Origin: Burkholderiaceae bacterium
GTDB lineage: Bacteria; Pseudomonadota; Gammaproteobacteria; Burkholderiales; Burkholderiaceae_F
Reading direction: 5' to 3'
Length of the DNA stretch: 64,000 bases
NCBI GenBank assembly: GCA_035511515.1
Contig: DATKFG010000077.1
Span: forward strand, 1,834-65,833
The notes beneath the pieces are model-generated. The model made no database searches, had not been told where the DNA came from, and saw only the letters and a list, made by a program, of their open reading frames with translations. Position 1 is the stretch's first letter. Every line of letters begins with the position of its first letter. The translations under genes and the position numbers were made by a program. Positions 46,643-54,856 of this stretch are shown piece by piece.

Positions 46643-47702
46643 AGGCCTGCTCCAACTCGATCACGGTGCCGGTGAGCTGCCCGTCGTAGCCCGGCAGCGC
46701 ATCGATCACCGCTCGCAGTTCCTCGCCGCGCAACAGCGCCACCACGTTGCGCAACAACGCCTTGTTGACGGCAGCCGCCTCGCAGCCGAAAAAGTACCGC
46801 TCGCGCAGCAGAGCAATGAAATCCAGACCGAAACGGCGCGCCGCCGCCTCCAGGCCGAACCCGACGTCGGCCATCCCGCTGGCGATGTAGGCCGCCACGG
46901 CCGCGTGCGTGAATTCGGTGTTTTCGTAACCGACGATCCGACCCGGGTCGATGCCGTGGCGCTGCAGCAGCAAGTCGATCAGTACCCGCGTGCCGGAGCC
47001 GACCTGCCGATTCACGAAGCGCAGGTCCGGACGGGCCAGGTCATCGAGCGTGCTGATCTTCTTCGGGTTGCCGCTGGCCACGAACAGCCCCTGCGTGCGA
47101 TGCGCCAGGTGGATCAGCACGTGGCGGCGCGGGTCGAGCCAGACCAGGTACGGCGCCACCGACGTTTTCTGAAATGGCCCCTCGGCCACGTGGAAGCCGG
47201 CCAGGTCGCATTCGCCGCGCGCCAGCGCGGCCACCGCTTCGGTACTGGTACGGTACTTCAGCTCGACCGGCACATGCTGCCGCCCCAGCGCCTCCACCAG
47301 CGCGGCCACCGCAAAGCCGTGCGAGGCGTTCACCCGCAGGCTGGCGCGCGCCGGCGCCAGCAGCGATTCGAGCTCGCCCTCCAGCTCCGACGACAGGCTT
47401 TCGAGCGTCGGCGAAAGCCGCGCCGCCACGCGCCGGTCGGCCCACAGCAGCTTTTCGGCCAGGGTCGACAGTCGCGTGCCCTGACCCCGCGTCTTGATCA
47501 CCAGCGGAGCGCCGAATTCGGTCTCGAACCGGCGCAGCATCCCCCACGCCCTTCTGTACGACATCTCCGTGGTGCGCGCCGCATCGGCGATGCTGCCGGA
47601 ATTCTGGATGGCCGTCAGCAGCGGCAGCAGCTCCGGCAGCGGATGGGGCTCACCACCGGCCGGCGCGACCACCCATTCCGGATGAATCGAAATGCGCCAC
47701 AT
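46629..47702 (-). CDS. transcriptional regulator: ModE-N-type winged helix fused to a PBP-like (putative oxyanion-binding) domain
   Basis: 357 aa. LLTAIQNSGSIADAARTTEMSYRRAWGMLRRFE (ModE N-domain pattern). The C-terminal part is homologous to the C-terminus of 54857..56821 (NRQVGSGTRVLIDLLL vs NRNAGSGTRILVDQLL). Confidence 0.75.
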   Translation of the reverse strand: MWRISIHPEWVVAPAGGEPHPLPELLPLLTAIQNSGSIADAARTTEMSYRRAWGMLRRFETEFGAPLVIKTRGQGTRLSTLAEKLLWADRRVAARLSPTLESLSSELEGELESLLAPARASLRVNASHGFAVAALVEALGRQHVPVELKYRTSTEAVAALARGECDLAGFHVAEGPFQKTSVAPYLVWLDPRRHVLIHLAHRTQGLFVASGNPKKISTLDDLARPDLRFVNRQVGSGTRVLIDLLLQRHGIDPGRIVGYENTEFTHAAVAAYIASGMADVGFGLEAAARRFGLDFIALLRERYFFGCEAAAVNKALLRNVVALLRGEELRAVIDALPGYDGQLTGTVIELEQAFGAA

Positions 47703-47831
47703 ATGAAGGGATTTGCTTATTGGTGCGGCGGGAACAGAGGGCTACCGTTGTTGTCGTTTCCGGTGTGAATTCCCCCGCTGCCGCTTCCAAATAGGTATGA
47801 CGTTGCATATTGTGCACCGAAATTCGCACGC

Positions 47832-48782
47832 ATGGGCCGTGCCGGTGCTGCACAACGTGCACAATCAGCTCGGGTTCATCCCGACACGAAGTTCCACTTC
47901 CCCCAATCGGGCGCCGACGTGATCACCACCGACAGTTCCAAGTGTCCGTTGCCGGGCTCGTCCGAACAGGCGCCGTCGCACGCGGCTGCCGTGCCCGTGA
48001 CAGAGACCCATTACCGGGACGGCCGCTTCGAGGAGCGGCCGGCGGCGCTGGCCGGCGAGGTTCCGATCGCGCTCGAATACAACGGCGTGTCGCACGCGGT
48101 GATGCTCGCCACGCCGGAGGACCTCGAGGACTTCGCGCTCGGCTTCTCGATCGCGGAGGGCATCGTCGAGGATCCGGGCGAGATCTACGGCGTCGAAGTG
48201 CAACCGTCCTCGCGCGGCATCACGGTGGCGATCGAGCTCGCCTCCGGGGCGTTCGCGCGGCTGAAGGACCGCCGCCGCACGCTGGTGGGCCGCACCGGAT
48301 GCGGGATCTGCGGGGCCGAGAACCTGGATCACGTGTTGCGGCCGCTGCCGGCGCTCGCGGGACAGGGCCCGCGTATCCGCCCGCAGGCGCTATCGGCCGC
48401 GCTGGCGGCGCTGGTGAGCGCCCAGCGGCTGCAGAAGCAGACCGGCGCGGTACACGGTGCCGCATGGAGCGACCTGCCCGGGACGGCCGAGCTCGTGCGG
48501 GAGGATGTGGGCCGGCATAACGCGCTCGACAAGCTGATCGGCGCGGTCGTGCGCGGGAAGGTCCACCAGCGGCCGGGTTTTGTCGTGGTCACCAGCCGGG
48601 CCAGCATCGAGATGGTCCAGAAGGCGACCTGCATCGCCACCACCCTGGCCGCGGTGTCGGCGCCGACCCGACTGGCGGCGCAAGTCGCTCACGACTGCGG
48701 CCTGACGCTGGTGGGATTCGCCCGCGGCAGCGAGTTCTCCGTGTATTCGCACCCGTGGCGGCTGACGCCGGCGGCGGAGTGA
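47832..48782 (+). CDS. fdhD: formate dehydrogenase accessory sulfurtransferase FdhD (copy 1)
   Basis: GRTGCGICGAE and EDVGRHNALDKLIG motifs. Start uncertain: ATG 47832 or in-frame GTG 47919, which gives a more typical length. Confidence 0.9.
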   Translation: MGRAGAAQRAQSARVHPDTKFHFPQSGADVITTDSSKCPLPGSSEQAPSHAAAVPVTETHYRDGRFEERPAALAGEVPIALEYNGVSHAVMLATPEDLEDFALGFSIAEGIVEDPGEIYGVEVQPSSRGITVAIELASGAFARLKDRRRTLVGRTGCGICGAENLDHVLRPLPALAGQGPRIRPQALSAALAALVSAQRLQKQTGAVHGAAWSDLPGTAELVREDVGRHNALDKLIGAVVRGKVHQRPGFVVVTSRASIEMVQKATCIATTLAAVSAPTRLAAQVAHDCGLTLVGFARGSEFSVYSHPWRLTPAAE

Positions 48783-48893
48783 TGATCGGTCACGCGTTCG
48801 GATCGTTCGACACGGAGGCCGCCTAGCGATATAGTGAAAAGGTAATATCGCCCGGGTTGTGCGGGGAAAGCCGGGCGCGATGCTCTGGAGCGA

Positions 48894-49298
48894 CTAGCGC
48901 TCGTGGATGCGACGCTTGAAATGACTGACCTCCGGGCGAATGGCCTCTGCCGCCAGCGCCTGCATCCGGCGGTAGCACTCCAGCACCTCGAGTCCCAGTG
49001 ACGTCAACGAGGCGCCGCCGCCGGCCTTGCCACCTTTGACCGCCTCCACCAGCGCGCCCTGGAAGCATCCGTTCATCGAATCCACCAGCAGCCACGCATG
49101 CTTGTAGCTGATGCCCATTTCACGACGGGCTGCCGAGATCGAGCCCGTGCGCCGGATGGCGTCGAGCAGTTGTGCCTTGCCCGGCCCGATCGCGATCTGG
49201 TCGCCCAGATGAACGCGCAAGCCAACCTCAATGCTCAGCGGATGGTCGACGATCGTCGGGTCGGACATGATCGGCGGGTCGGTGGCCGAATTGTCCAC
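48894..49298 (-). CDS. ModE N-terminal-domain-only winged-helix regulator
   Basis: 134 aa. GPGKAQLLDAIRRTGSISAARREMGISYKHAWLLVDSMN...KGGKAGGGASLT matches the ModE N-domain pattern. GTG 49298 or ATG 49268 start. Divergent from aorA. Confidence 0.7.
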   Translation of the reverse strand: MDNSATDPPIMSDPTIVDHPLSIEVGLRVHLGDQIAIGPGKAQLLDAIRRTGSISAARREMGISYKHAWLLVDSMNGCFQGALVEAVKGGKAGGGASLTSLGLEVLECYRRMQALAAEAIRPEVSHFKRRIHER

Positions 49299-49356
49299 GA
49301 AAAGGGTGAGCCGTCGGCGGATGCGGCCAGGCCGCGCGAACTACCTGGAGAGAAAG

Positions 49357-49830
49357 ATGCATAAGTCGCTGTATATCAATCCGGACAAATGCACCGGTTG
49401 CCTGCAGTGCGAGATGGCCTGCAGTTACGAGAACTACGGCGTCTTCAACCCCGCCAAGTCCCGCATCAAGGTCTTCGATTTCCATCACTCCGGTCGCAAG
49501 GTGCCGTACACCTGCACCCAGTGCGACGAAGCGTGGTGCCTGCACGCGTGCCCGGTCGACGCGATCCAGGTCGACGCGGCCACCGGAGCCAAGATCGTGC
49601 TGGAGAGCGTCTGCGTCGGCTGCAAGGTGTGCACGATCGCCTGTCCGTTCGGCACCGTCAATTACGTGCAGGACACCGGCAAAGTGCAGAAATGCGACCT
49701 GTGCGGAGGTCATCCGGCCTGCGTCGAGGCCTGCCCGACCGCCGCCATCACCTACGTCGATGCCGACTGGACCGGACTGGAACGGATGAAGCAGTGGGCC
49801 GACAAGGTCGGCAATCAACCGCACGCGTAA
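49357..49830 (+). CDS. aorA: 4Fe-4S ferredoxin-type electron-transfer subunit of aldehyde oxidoreductase (AorA-like)
   Basis: 157 aa from MHKSLYINPDKCTGCLQCEMAC (ATG 49357 after GGAGAG). Four Cys clusters. Confidence 0.85.
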   Translation: MHKSLYINPDKCTGCLQCEMACSYENYGVFNPAKSRIKVFDFHHSGRKVPYTCTQCDEAWCLHACPVDAIQVDAATGAKIVLESVCVGCKVCTIACPFGTVNYVQDTGKVQKCDLCGGHPACVEACPTAAITYVDADWTGLERMKQWADKVGNQPHA

Positions 49831-49842
49831 GGAGGCCGGATC

Positions 49843-51690
49843 ATGTCGTGGGCCGGGAAGATTCTGCGAGTGAACCTGACGGCGGGCAGCTGCACGCCGG
49901 AAGCGCTGAACCGGCAATGGGCGCGCGATTATCTCGGCCAGAGGGGGCTGGCCACCAAGTATTTCGTGGAGGAAGTCGACGCCAGGGTCGATCCACTGTC
50001 GCCCGCCAACAAGATCATCTGGGCGACCGGTCCGCTGACCGGGACGATGGCCTCCACCGGCGGCCGCTACTCGGTGATCACCAAGGGCGCCCTGACGGGC
50101 GCGATCGCCTGCTCGAACTCCGGCGGCTACTGGGGCGCCGAGCTGAAGATGGCCGGCTGGGACATGATCATCTTCGAGGGCAAATCGCCCAAGCCGGTGT
50201 ACCTGTGCATCGAGGACGACAAGGCGCAACTGCTCGACGCCGGTTACGTGTGGGGCAAGTCGGTCTGGGACACCGAACCGGCCATCAAGGCGAAGCACCA
50301 GGACCCGCAGATGCGCGTCAGCTGCATCGGGCGCGCGGGCGAGACAGGGTGCCTGTTCGCCGGCGTGATGAACGACCTGCACCGGGCGGCCGGCCGTTCC
50401 GGGGTCGGAGCCGTGATGGGGAGCAAGAATCTGAAAGCGATCGCCGTGCGTGGAACGCGCGGCGTCGGCAACATCTCCGATCCGAAGGCGTTCATGGCCG
50501 CAACAACCGCGGCCAAGAAGGTGCTGGCCGACAACCCGGTGACCGGCCAGGGGCTGCCGAAGTACGGCACCCAGGTGCTGATGAACGTGATCAACGAGAT
50601 CGGCGCCATGCCCACCCGCAATCACCGCGACGTGCAGTTCGAGGGCGCCAGGGACATCTCGGGCGAGGCGATGCACGAGCCGCGCAAGACCGATGGCAAG
50701 CCCAACCTGGTCACCAACCAGGCGTGTTTCGGCTGCACGATCGCCTGCGGCCGCATCTCCAAGATCGACGAGACCCACTACACGGTCAAGACCCGCCCCG
50801 AGTACTGGGGCGCCTCGGGGGGGCTGGAGTACGAGGCCGCGTGGGCGCTGGGCTGCGCCAACGGGGTCAACGACCTGGAAGCGCTGACGTACGCGAACTT
50901 CATCTGCAACGAGGATGGCATGGACCCCATCTCGTTCGGCGCCACCGTCGGCGCCGTGATGGAGATGTACGAGATGGGCGTGCTGACCAAGGAGCAGATC
51001 GGAATCGAAGCGCCGTTCGGCTCGGCCCAGGCGTTGACGTATCTGGCCGAGGTCACCGCGCGCGGCGAGGGATTCGGCAAGGAGGTCGGCCTGGGCTCGG
51101 CGCGACTGACCGCCAGGTACGGGCACCCGGAGCTGTCGATGACGGTGAAGGGGCAGGAATTTCCCGCGTACGACTCGCGCGGAATCCAGGGGATGGGGCT
51201 GACCTACGCGACGTCCAATCGCGGCGCCTGCCATCTGCGCAGCTACACGGTGGCCTCCGAGGTGCTCGGCATTCCGTTCAAGACCGATCCGCTCGTGACC
51301 GACGGCAAGGCGGAGCTGGTCAAGGCGTTCCAGGATGCGACCGCGGTGTTCGATTCGGCCGGCATCTGCGTCTTCACCAGTTTCGCGTGGACGCTGGCCG
51401 ATGTGCAGCCGCAGCTGGCGGCGGCCTGCACCGACGAGTTCACGCTCGAGGAGCTGAACCGGATCGGCGAGCGCATCTGGAACCTGGAGCGCGAGTTCAA
51501 TCTGCGCGCCGGCTTCACCGCGAAGGACGACACGTTGCCCAAACGCCTGCTGACGGAACCGGCCAAGACGGGTCCGGCCAAGGGTCTGGTCAACGGCCTG
51601 CCCAGGATGCTGCCCGAGTACTACAAGATCCGAGGCTGGGACAGCGACGGACGCCCGACCGCGCAGACCCGGGCGCGCCTGGGGCTGTGA
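49843..51690 (+). CDS. aorB: tungsten-cofactor aldehyde:ferredoxin oxidoreductase family catalytic subunit (AorB-like)
   Basis: 615 aa. AOR N-domain (GKILRVNLTAGS...GGRGLATKY-like). FeS ligands CFGCTIAC and NRGACHL. Pterin-binding motifs NEDGMDPIS and DSAGICVF. Confidence 0.95.
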   Translation: MSWAGKILRVNLTAGSCTPEALNRQWARDYLGQRGLATKYFVEEVDARVDPLSPANKIIWATGPLTGTMASTGGRYSVITKGALTGAIACSNSGGYWGAELKMAGWDMIIFEGKSPKPVYLCIEDDKAQLLDAGYVWGKSVWDTEPAIKAKHQDPQMRVSCIGRAGETGCLFAGVMNDLHRAAGRSGVGAVMGSKNLKAIAVRGTRGVGNISDPKAFMAATTAAKKVLADNPVTGQGLPKYGTQVLMNVINEIGAMPTRNHRDVQFEGARDISGEAMHEPRKTDGKPNLVTNQACFGCTIACGRISKIDETHYTVKTRPEYWGASGGLEYEAAWALGCANGVNDLEALTYANFICNEDGMDPISFGATVGAVMEMYEMGVLTKEQIGIEAPFGSAQALTYLAEVTARGEGFGKEVGLGSARLTARYGHPELSMTVKGQEFPAYDSRGIQGMGLTYATSNRGACHLRSYTVASEVLGIPFKTDPLVTDGKAELVKAFQDATAVFDSAGICVFTSFAWTLADVQPQLAAACTDEFTLEELNRIGERIWNLEREFNLRAGFTAKDDTLPKRLLTEPAKTGPAKGLVNGLPRMLPEYYKIRGWDSDGRPTAQTRARLGL

Positions 51691-51709
51691 GCGGGCGACC
51701 GCAGGACGC

Positions 51710-52978
51710 ATGAAGCACGTCATACTCGGCAACGGGCCGGCCGGCGTGATTGGCGCCGAGTCGATCCGCAAGTACGCCGACCACGACGAAATCACGCTGG
51801 TCGGCGACGAGCCGGAACCGCCCTATTCGAGGATGGCGATTCCGTACCTGCTGAGCGGCCGGATCGACGAAGCGGGAACCTACCTGCGCAAGGCGGAGGG
51901 CCACTACCGCGACAAGGGCATCACGCTGCGCCGCGGTCGGGCGAAAGCGGTCGATACCGCGGCGCGCAGGCTCGTTTTCGAAGACGGCGCGGTCCTGCCC
52001 TTCGACCGCCTGATGATCGCGACCGGGTCCCGGCCAGCCAGGCTTCCGATCGCGGGCGCCGACCTGCCCGGGGTCAATCCCTGCTGGACGCTCGCCGACG
52101 CCCGCCAGATCATGCAGCGGGCCGCACCGTCGGCCCGCGTCCTGCAGATCGGCGCTGGCTTCATCGGGTGCATCATCCTGCAGGCGCTGGTCGATCGCGG
52201 GGTCTCGCTGACGGTGGTCGAAATGGGCGACCGGATGGTGCCGCGCATGATGGGACAGGTCGCGGGCACGATGATCCGGCGCTGGGTCGAGTCCAAGGGC
52301 ATCCGGGTTTTCACGTCGACAAGCGTGGATGCCATCGAACCCGGGCCGTCCGGCGCACTGACGGTGTGCCTGAGCAACGGGCAAAGGATCACGGCCGATC
52401 TGGTGATCTCGGCGACCGGCGTCAAGCCGAACATCGGGTTTCTCGCGGGATCGGGCATCGCGTGCGGCCAGGGCGTGCTGGCCGATGCGCAAATGCAGAC
52501 CAACGTCGAGGGCATCTATGCGGCCGGCGACTGCGCCGAGGCGTTCGATCCGATGCTGGGTCGGCACGTGGTCAGCGCGATCCAGCCCAACGCCGCCGAC
52601 CAGGCGCTGTGCGCGGCCATGAACATGATCGGGCGGCGCGCGATGCTGCCCTGCGTCACGCAGATCAACGTGCTGGACACGCTGGGGTTGATCTCCGCGT
52701 CGTTCGGGAGCTGGGAGGGAGTCGCCGGCGGTGACCATGTCGAGCGCCGGGACGAGCGCAACTGCCGCCTGATCCGCCTCGAGTTCGGCGGCGACGTGCT
52801 GGTCGGAGCCAACACGATCGGCCTGACCGAGGGGGTCGGCGTCTTGCGGGGACTTATCCAGTCGCGCGTTCCTCTGGGTCGCTGGAAAGAGCGGCTGATG
52901 GCCGATCCGCTGCTGTTGAGCGAGGCGTATCTGTCCTGCGCACAGGCGCAGTCGTCATGGGGTCTGAAGGCGGCCTGA
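51710..52978 (+). CDS. aorC: FAD/NAD(P)-binding pyridine-nucleotide-disulfide oxidoreductase-family subunit (AorC-like)
   Basis: 422 aa. MKHVILGNGPAGV and a second dinucleotide fold VLQIGAGFIG. Confidence 0.85.
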   Translation: MKHVILGNGPAGVIGAESIRKYADHDEITLVGDEPEPPYSRMAIPYLLSGRIDEAGTYLRKAEGHYRDKGITLRRGRAKAVDTAARRLVFEDGAVLPFDRLMIATGSRPARLPIAGADLPGVNPCWTLADARQIMQRAAPSARVLQIGAGFIGCIILQALVDRGVSLTVVEMGDRMVPRMMGQVAGTMIRRWVESKGIRVFTSTSVDAIEPGPSGALTVCLSNGQRITADLVISATGVKPNIGFLAGSGIACGQGVLADAQMQTNVEGIYAAGDCAEAFDPMLGRHVVSAIQPNAADQALCAAMNMIGRRAMLPCVTQINVLDTLGLISASFGSWEGVAGGDHVERRDERNCRLIRLEFGGDVLVGANTIGLTEGVGVLRGLIQSRVPLGRWKERLMADPLLLSEAYLSCAQAQSSWGLKAA

Positions 52979-53010
52979 GCGCTGGTGGTCTGTTGTAAGC
53001 TCGGTGTGCC

Positions 53011-53277
53011 ATGCAGATCACGTTCAAGCTGCACGCGACGCTGACCGACTATCTGCCGCGCGACGCGGAAGGGCGCAAGCCGCACTACAACCAGCTCCAG
53101 GTCGATGTTCCCGATGGCTGCGACGTGCAGTCGGTGATCGACCGGTTCCAGCTGCCACCGCGGCAGGTGCACCTCGTGCTGGTCAACGGCGTGTACGTAG
53201 CGCCGGCGACGCGTTCGATGCGGCGGTTGAGCGACGGCGACGCGCTCGCCATATGGCCGCCGATCGCCGGCGGTTAG
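53011..53277 (+). CDS. MoaD/ThiS-family small sulfur-carrier protein
   Basis: 88 aa ending in ...WPPIAGG (C-terminal Gly-Gly). Confidence 0.8.
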   Translation: MQITFKLHATLTDYLPRDAEGRKPHYNQLQVDVPDGCDVQSVIDRFQLPPRQVHLVLVNGVYVAPATRSMRRLSDGDALAIWPPIAGG

Positions 53278-53306
53278 CCGCCTGTGGAACCGCGGGATCG
53301 CCGCGC

Positions 53307-53600
53307 GTGTCCGACGAAGCGGTCCTGTGCCGCGAGATGGGCTGCACACGCGACGAATTCCTCGCATGGCTGCCCGCGGCCGTGCGGGGCGCCGCCTTCG
53401 ACCTCGACGGCGATCTGATCCGGATCGGTTACGCTGGCGGCGAGGTCCTGATTCAAATGGGCCAGGCCGCCGAACGCAGGCTGGGATTGCTGTCGCTTCC
53501 GGTGCTGCCGGTTTCGATCCGCCTGGTCGGAATCGACGCGCCGCGCCGGGACGAATTCCTGCAGCACTTCGACCTGTTCATGCGCCGCGGCGGCGGCTGA
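53307..53600 (+). CDS. small hypothetical protein in the aor operon
   Basis: The C-terminal ~97 aa of track ORF 53004..53600 (VSDEAVLCREMGCTRDEFLAWLP...) look protein-like. GTG 53307 or ATG 53334 start. The upstream part of that ORF overlaps the MoaD-like gene out of frame. Confidence 0.4.
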   Translation: MSDEAVLCREMGCTRDEFLAWLPAAVRGAAFDLDGDLIRIGYAGGEVLIQMGQAAERRLGLLSLPVLPVSIRLVGIDAPRRDEFLQHFDLFMRRGGG

Positions 53601-53612
53601 AGGAAGCGCGAC

Positions 53613-54845
53613 ATGCCAGTCACAGTGGACGTACGGATGCAGGGCTTCCGGCAACGCAGCGAGGTGCCGGCGGTTCTGGAATGGATCGACCGCAACGCGT
53701 CACGGATGGATGCGGAAGTCGTGCCGTTGGAAGCCGCCACCGGCCGGGTGCTCGCCGAAGACGTGATCGCCCCGATCGATGTCCCGGGCTTCGATCGGGC
53801 GGCGATGGACGGTTACGCGCTTCGGGGCGAGGACACGGCAGGAGCAAGCGAATACAACCCGCTGTCGTTCCCGCTCGCCGGCCAGGTCCTGCCGGGCGAA
53901 CGCTTCCGCGGCGGGGCCGCGGCCCGCGAGGCCGTCAGGATCATGACCGGCGCCCCGGTGCCGGAGGGTCTGGACGCGGTCGTGCCGGCCGAGTTCGCCG
54001 CCGAAACGGCCGGGCAGATCGAGATCACGCGGCCGGTCGCACCGGGCCAGCACGTCGCCCATCGGGGCGAGGATGTGGCCGCGGGAACGGCGGTGCTCAC
54101 CGCCACTCGGAAATTGCGTGCGCAGGACGTGGCACTGGCGGCATCGCTGGGGCTTTCCCACGTTCCGGTGGTGCGGCAGCCGCGCGTACGCATCGTCGTC
54201 ACCGGAAACGAAGTGGTGGCGCCGGGAACGTCGAAGAGCCTGTATCAGATCTACGACGCCAACTCCTACATGCTTCGCGCGCTCATCCAGCGCGACGGGG
54301 GAATGCTGGAGGCGGCCTATCGCCTCAGGGACGACCCCGAAGTCATCCGGGGGGCGCTCAGAGCGCCGGGAGCGGACGTGATCCTGATTTCCGGAGGCTC
54401 GAGCGTCGGAGCCGAGGATCATGCGCCGCGCCTGGTTGCCGAACTGGGAGAACTCGCCATTCACGGGGTCGCGATGCGGCCGTCCAGTCCGGCGGGAGCA
54501 GGGCGAATCGGATCGGCGTTGGTGTTCCTGCTTCCGGGCAATCCCGTATCGTGCCTGTGCGCCTACGATTTTTTCGCGGGCCGCGCGATCCGCCTTTGCA
54601 GCGGGCTGCCCGCAGGCTGGCCGCATCGCACCAGGGCATGCACCGTTGCCCGCAAGATCGTCTCGGCGATCGGGCGGGTCGATTATTGCCGCGTGCGCCT
54701 GCTCGGCGGTGAAGCCGAGCCGATCGCGCTCAGCGGGGCATCGAACCTGTCGTCGACGACGCGCGCGGACGGATTCGTGATCGTCCCGGCCGAGAGCGAA
54801 GGCTACGGGCCGGGCGCCGCGGTCACGGTGTACCTTTACGATTGA
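53613..54845 (+). CDS. moeA: molybdopterin molybdo/tungsto-transferase MoeA (copy 1)
   Basis: 410 aa. DVPGFDRAAMDGYALRGED, RIMTGAPVPEG, ILISGGSSVGAEDH. Confidence 0.9.
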   Translation: MPVTVDVRMQGFRQRSEVPAVLEWIDRNASRMDAEVVPLEAATGRVLAEDVIAPIDVPGFDRAAMDGYALRGEDTAGASEYNPLSFPLAGQVLPGERFRGGAAAREAVRIMTGAPVPEGLDAVVPAEFAAETAGQIEITRPVAPGQHVAHRGEDVAAGTAVLTATRKLRAQDVALAASLGLSHVPVVRQPRVRIVVTGNEVVAPGTSKSLYQIYDANSYMLRALIQRDGGMLEAAYRLRDDPEVIRGALRAPGADVILISGGSSVGAEDHAPRLVAELGELAIHGVAMRPSSPAGAGRIGSALVFLLPGNPVSCLCAYDFFAGRAIRLCSGLPAGWPHRTRACTVARKIVSAIGRVDYCRVRLLGGEAEPIALSGASNLSSTTRADGFVIVPAESEGYGPGAAVTVYLYD

Positions 54846-54856
54846 CCGGCTCATCG

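Noticed and set aside
47703-49356. A Moco riboswitch in the leaders of fdhD-1 or aorA.
   Set aside because: I could not recognise the conserved Moco-motif stems by eye, and the aorA leader is at most about 60-90 nt. A covariance-model scan (Rfam Moco RNA motif) would be needed to exclude it properly.
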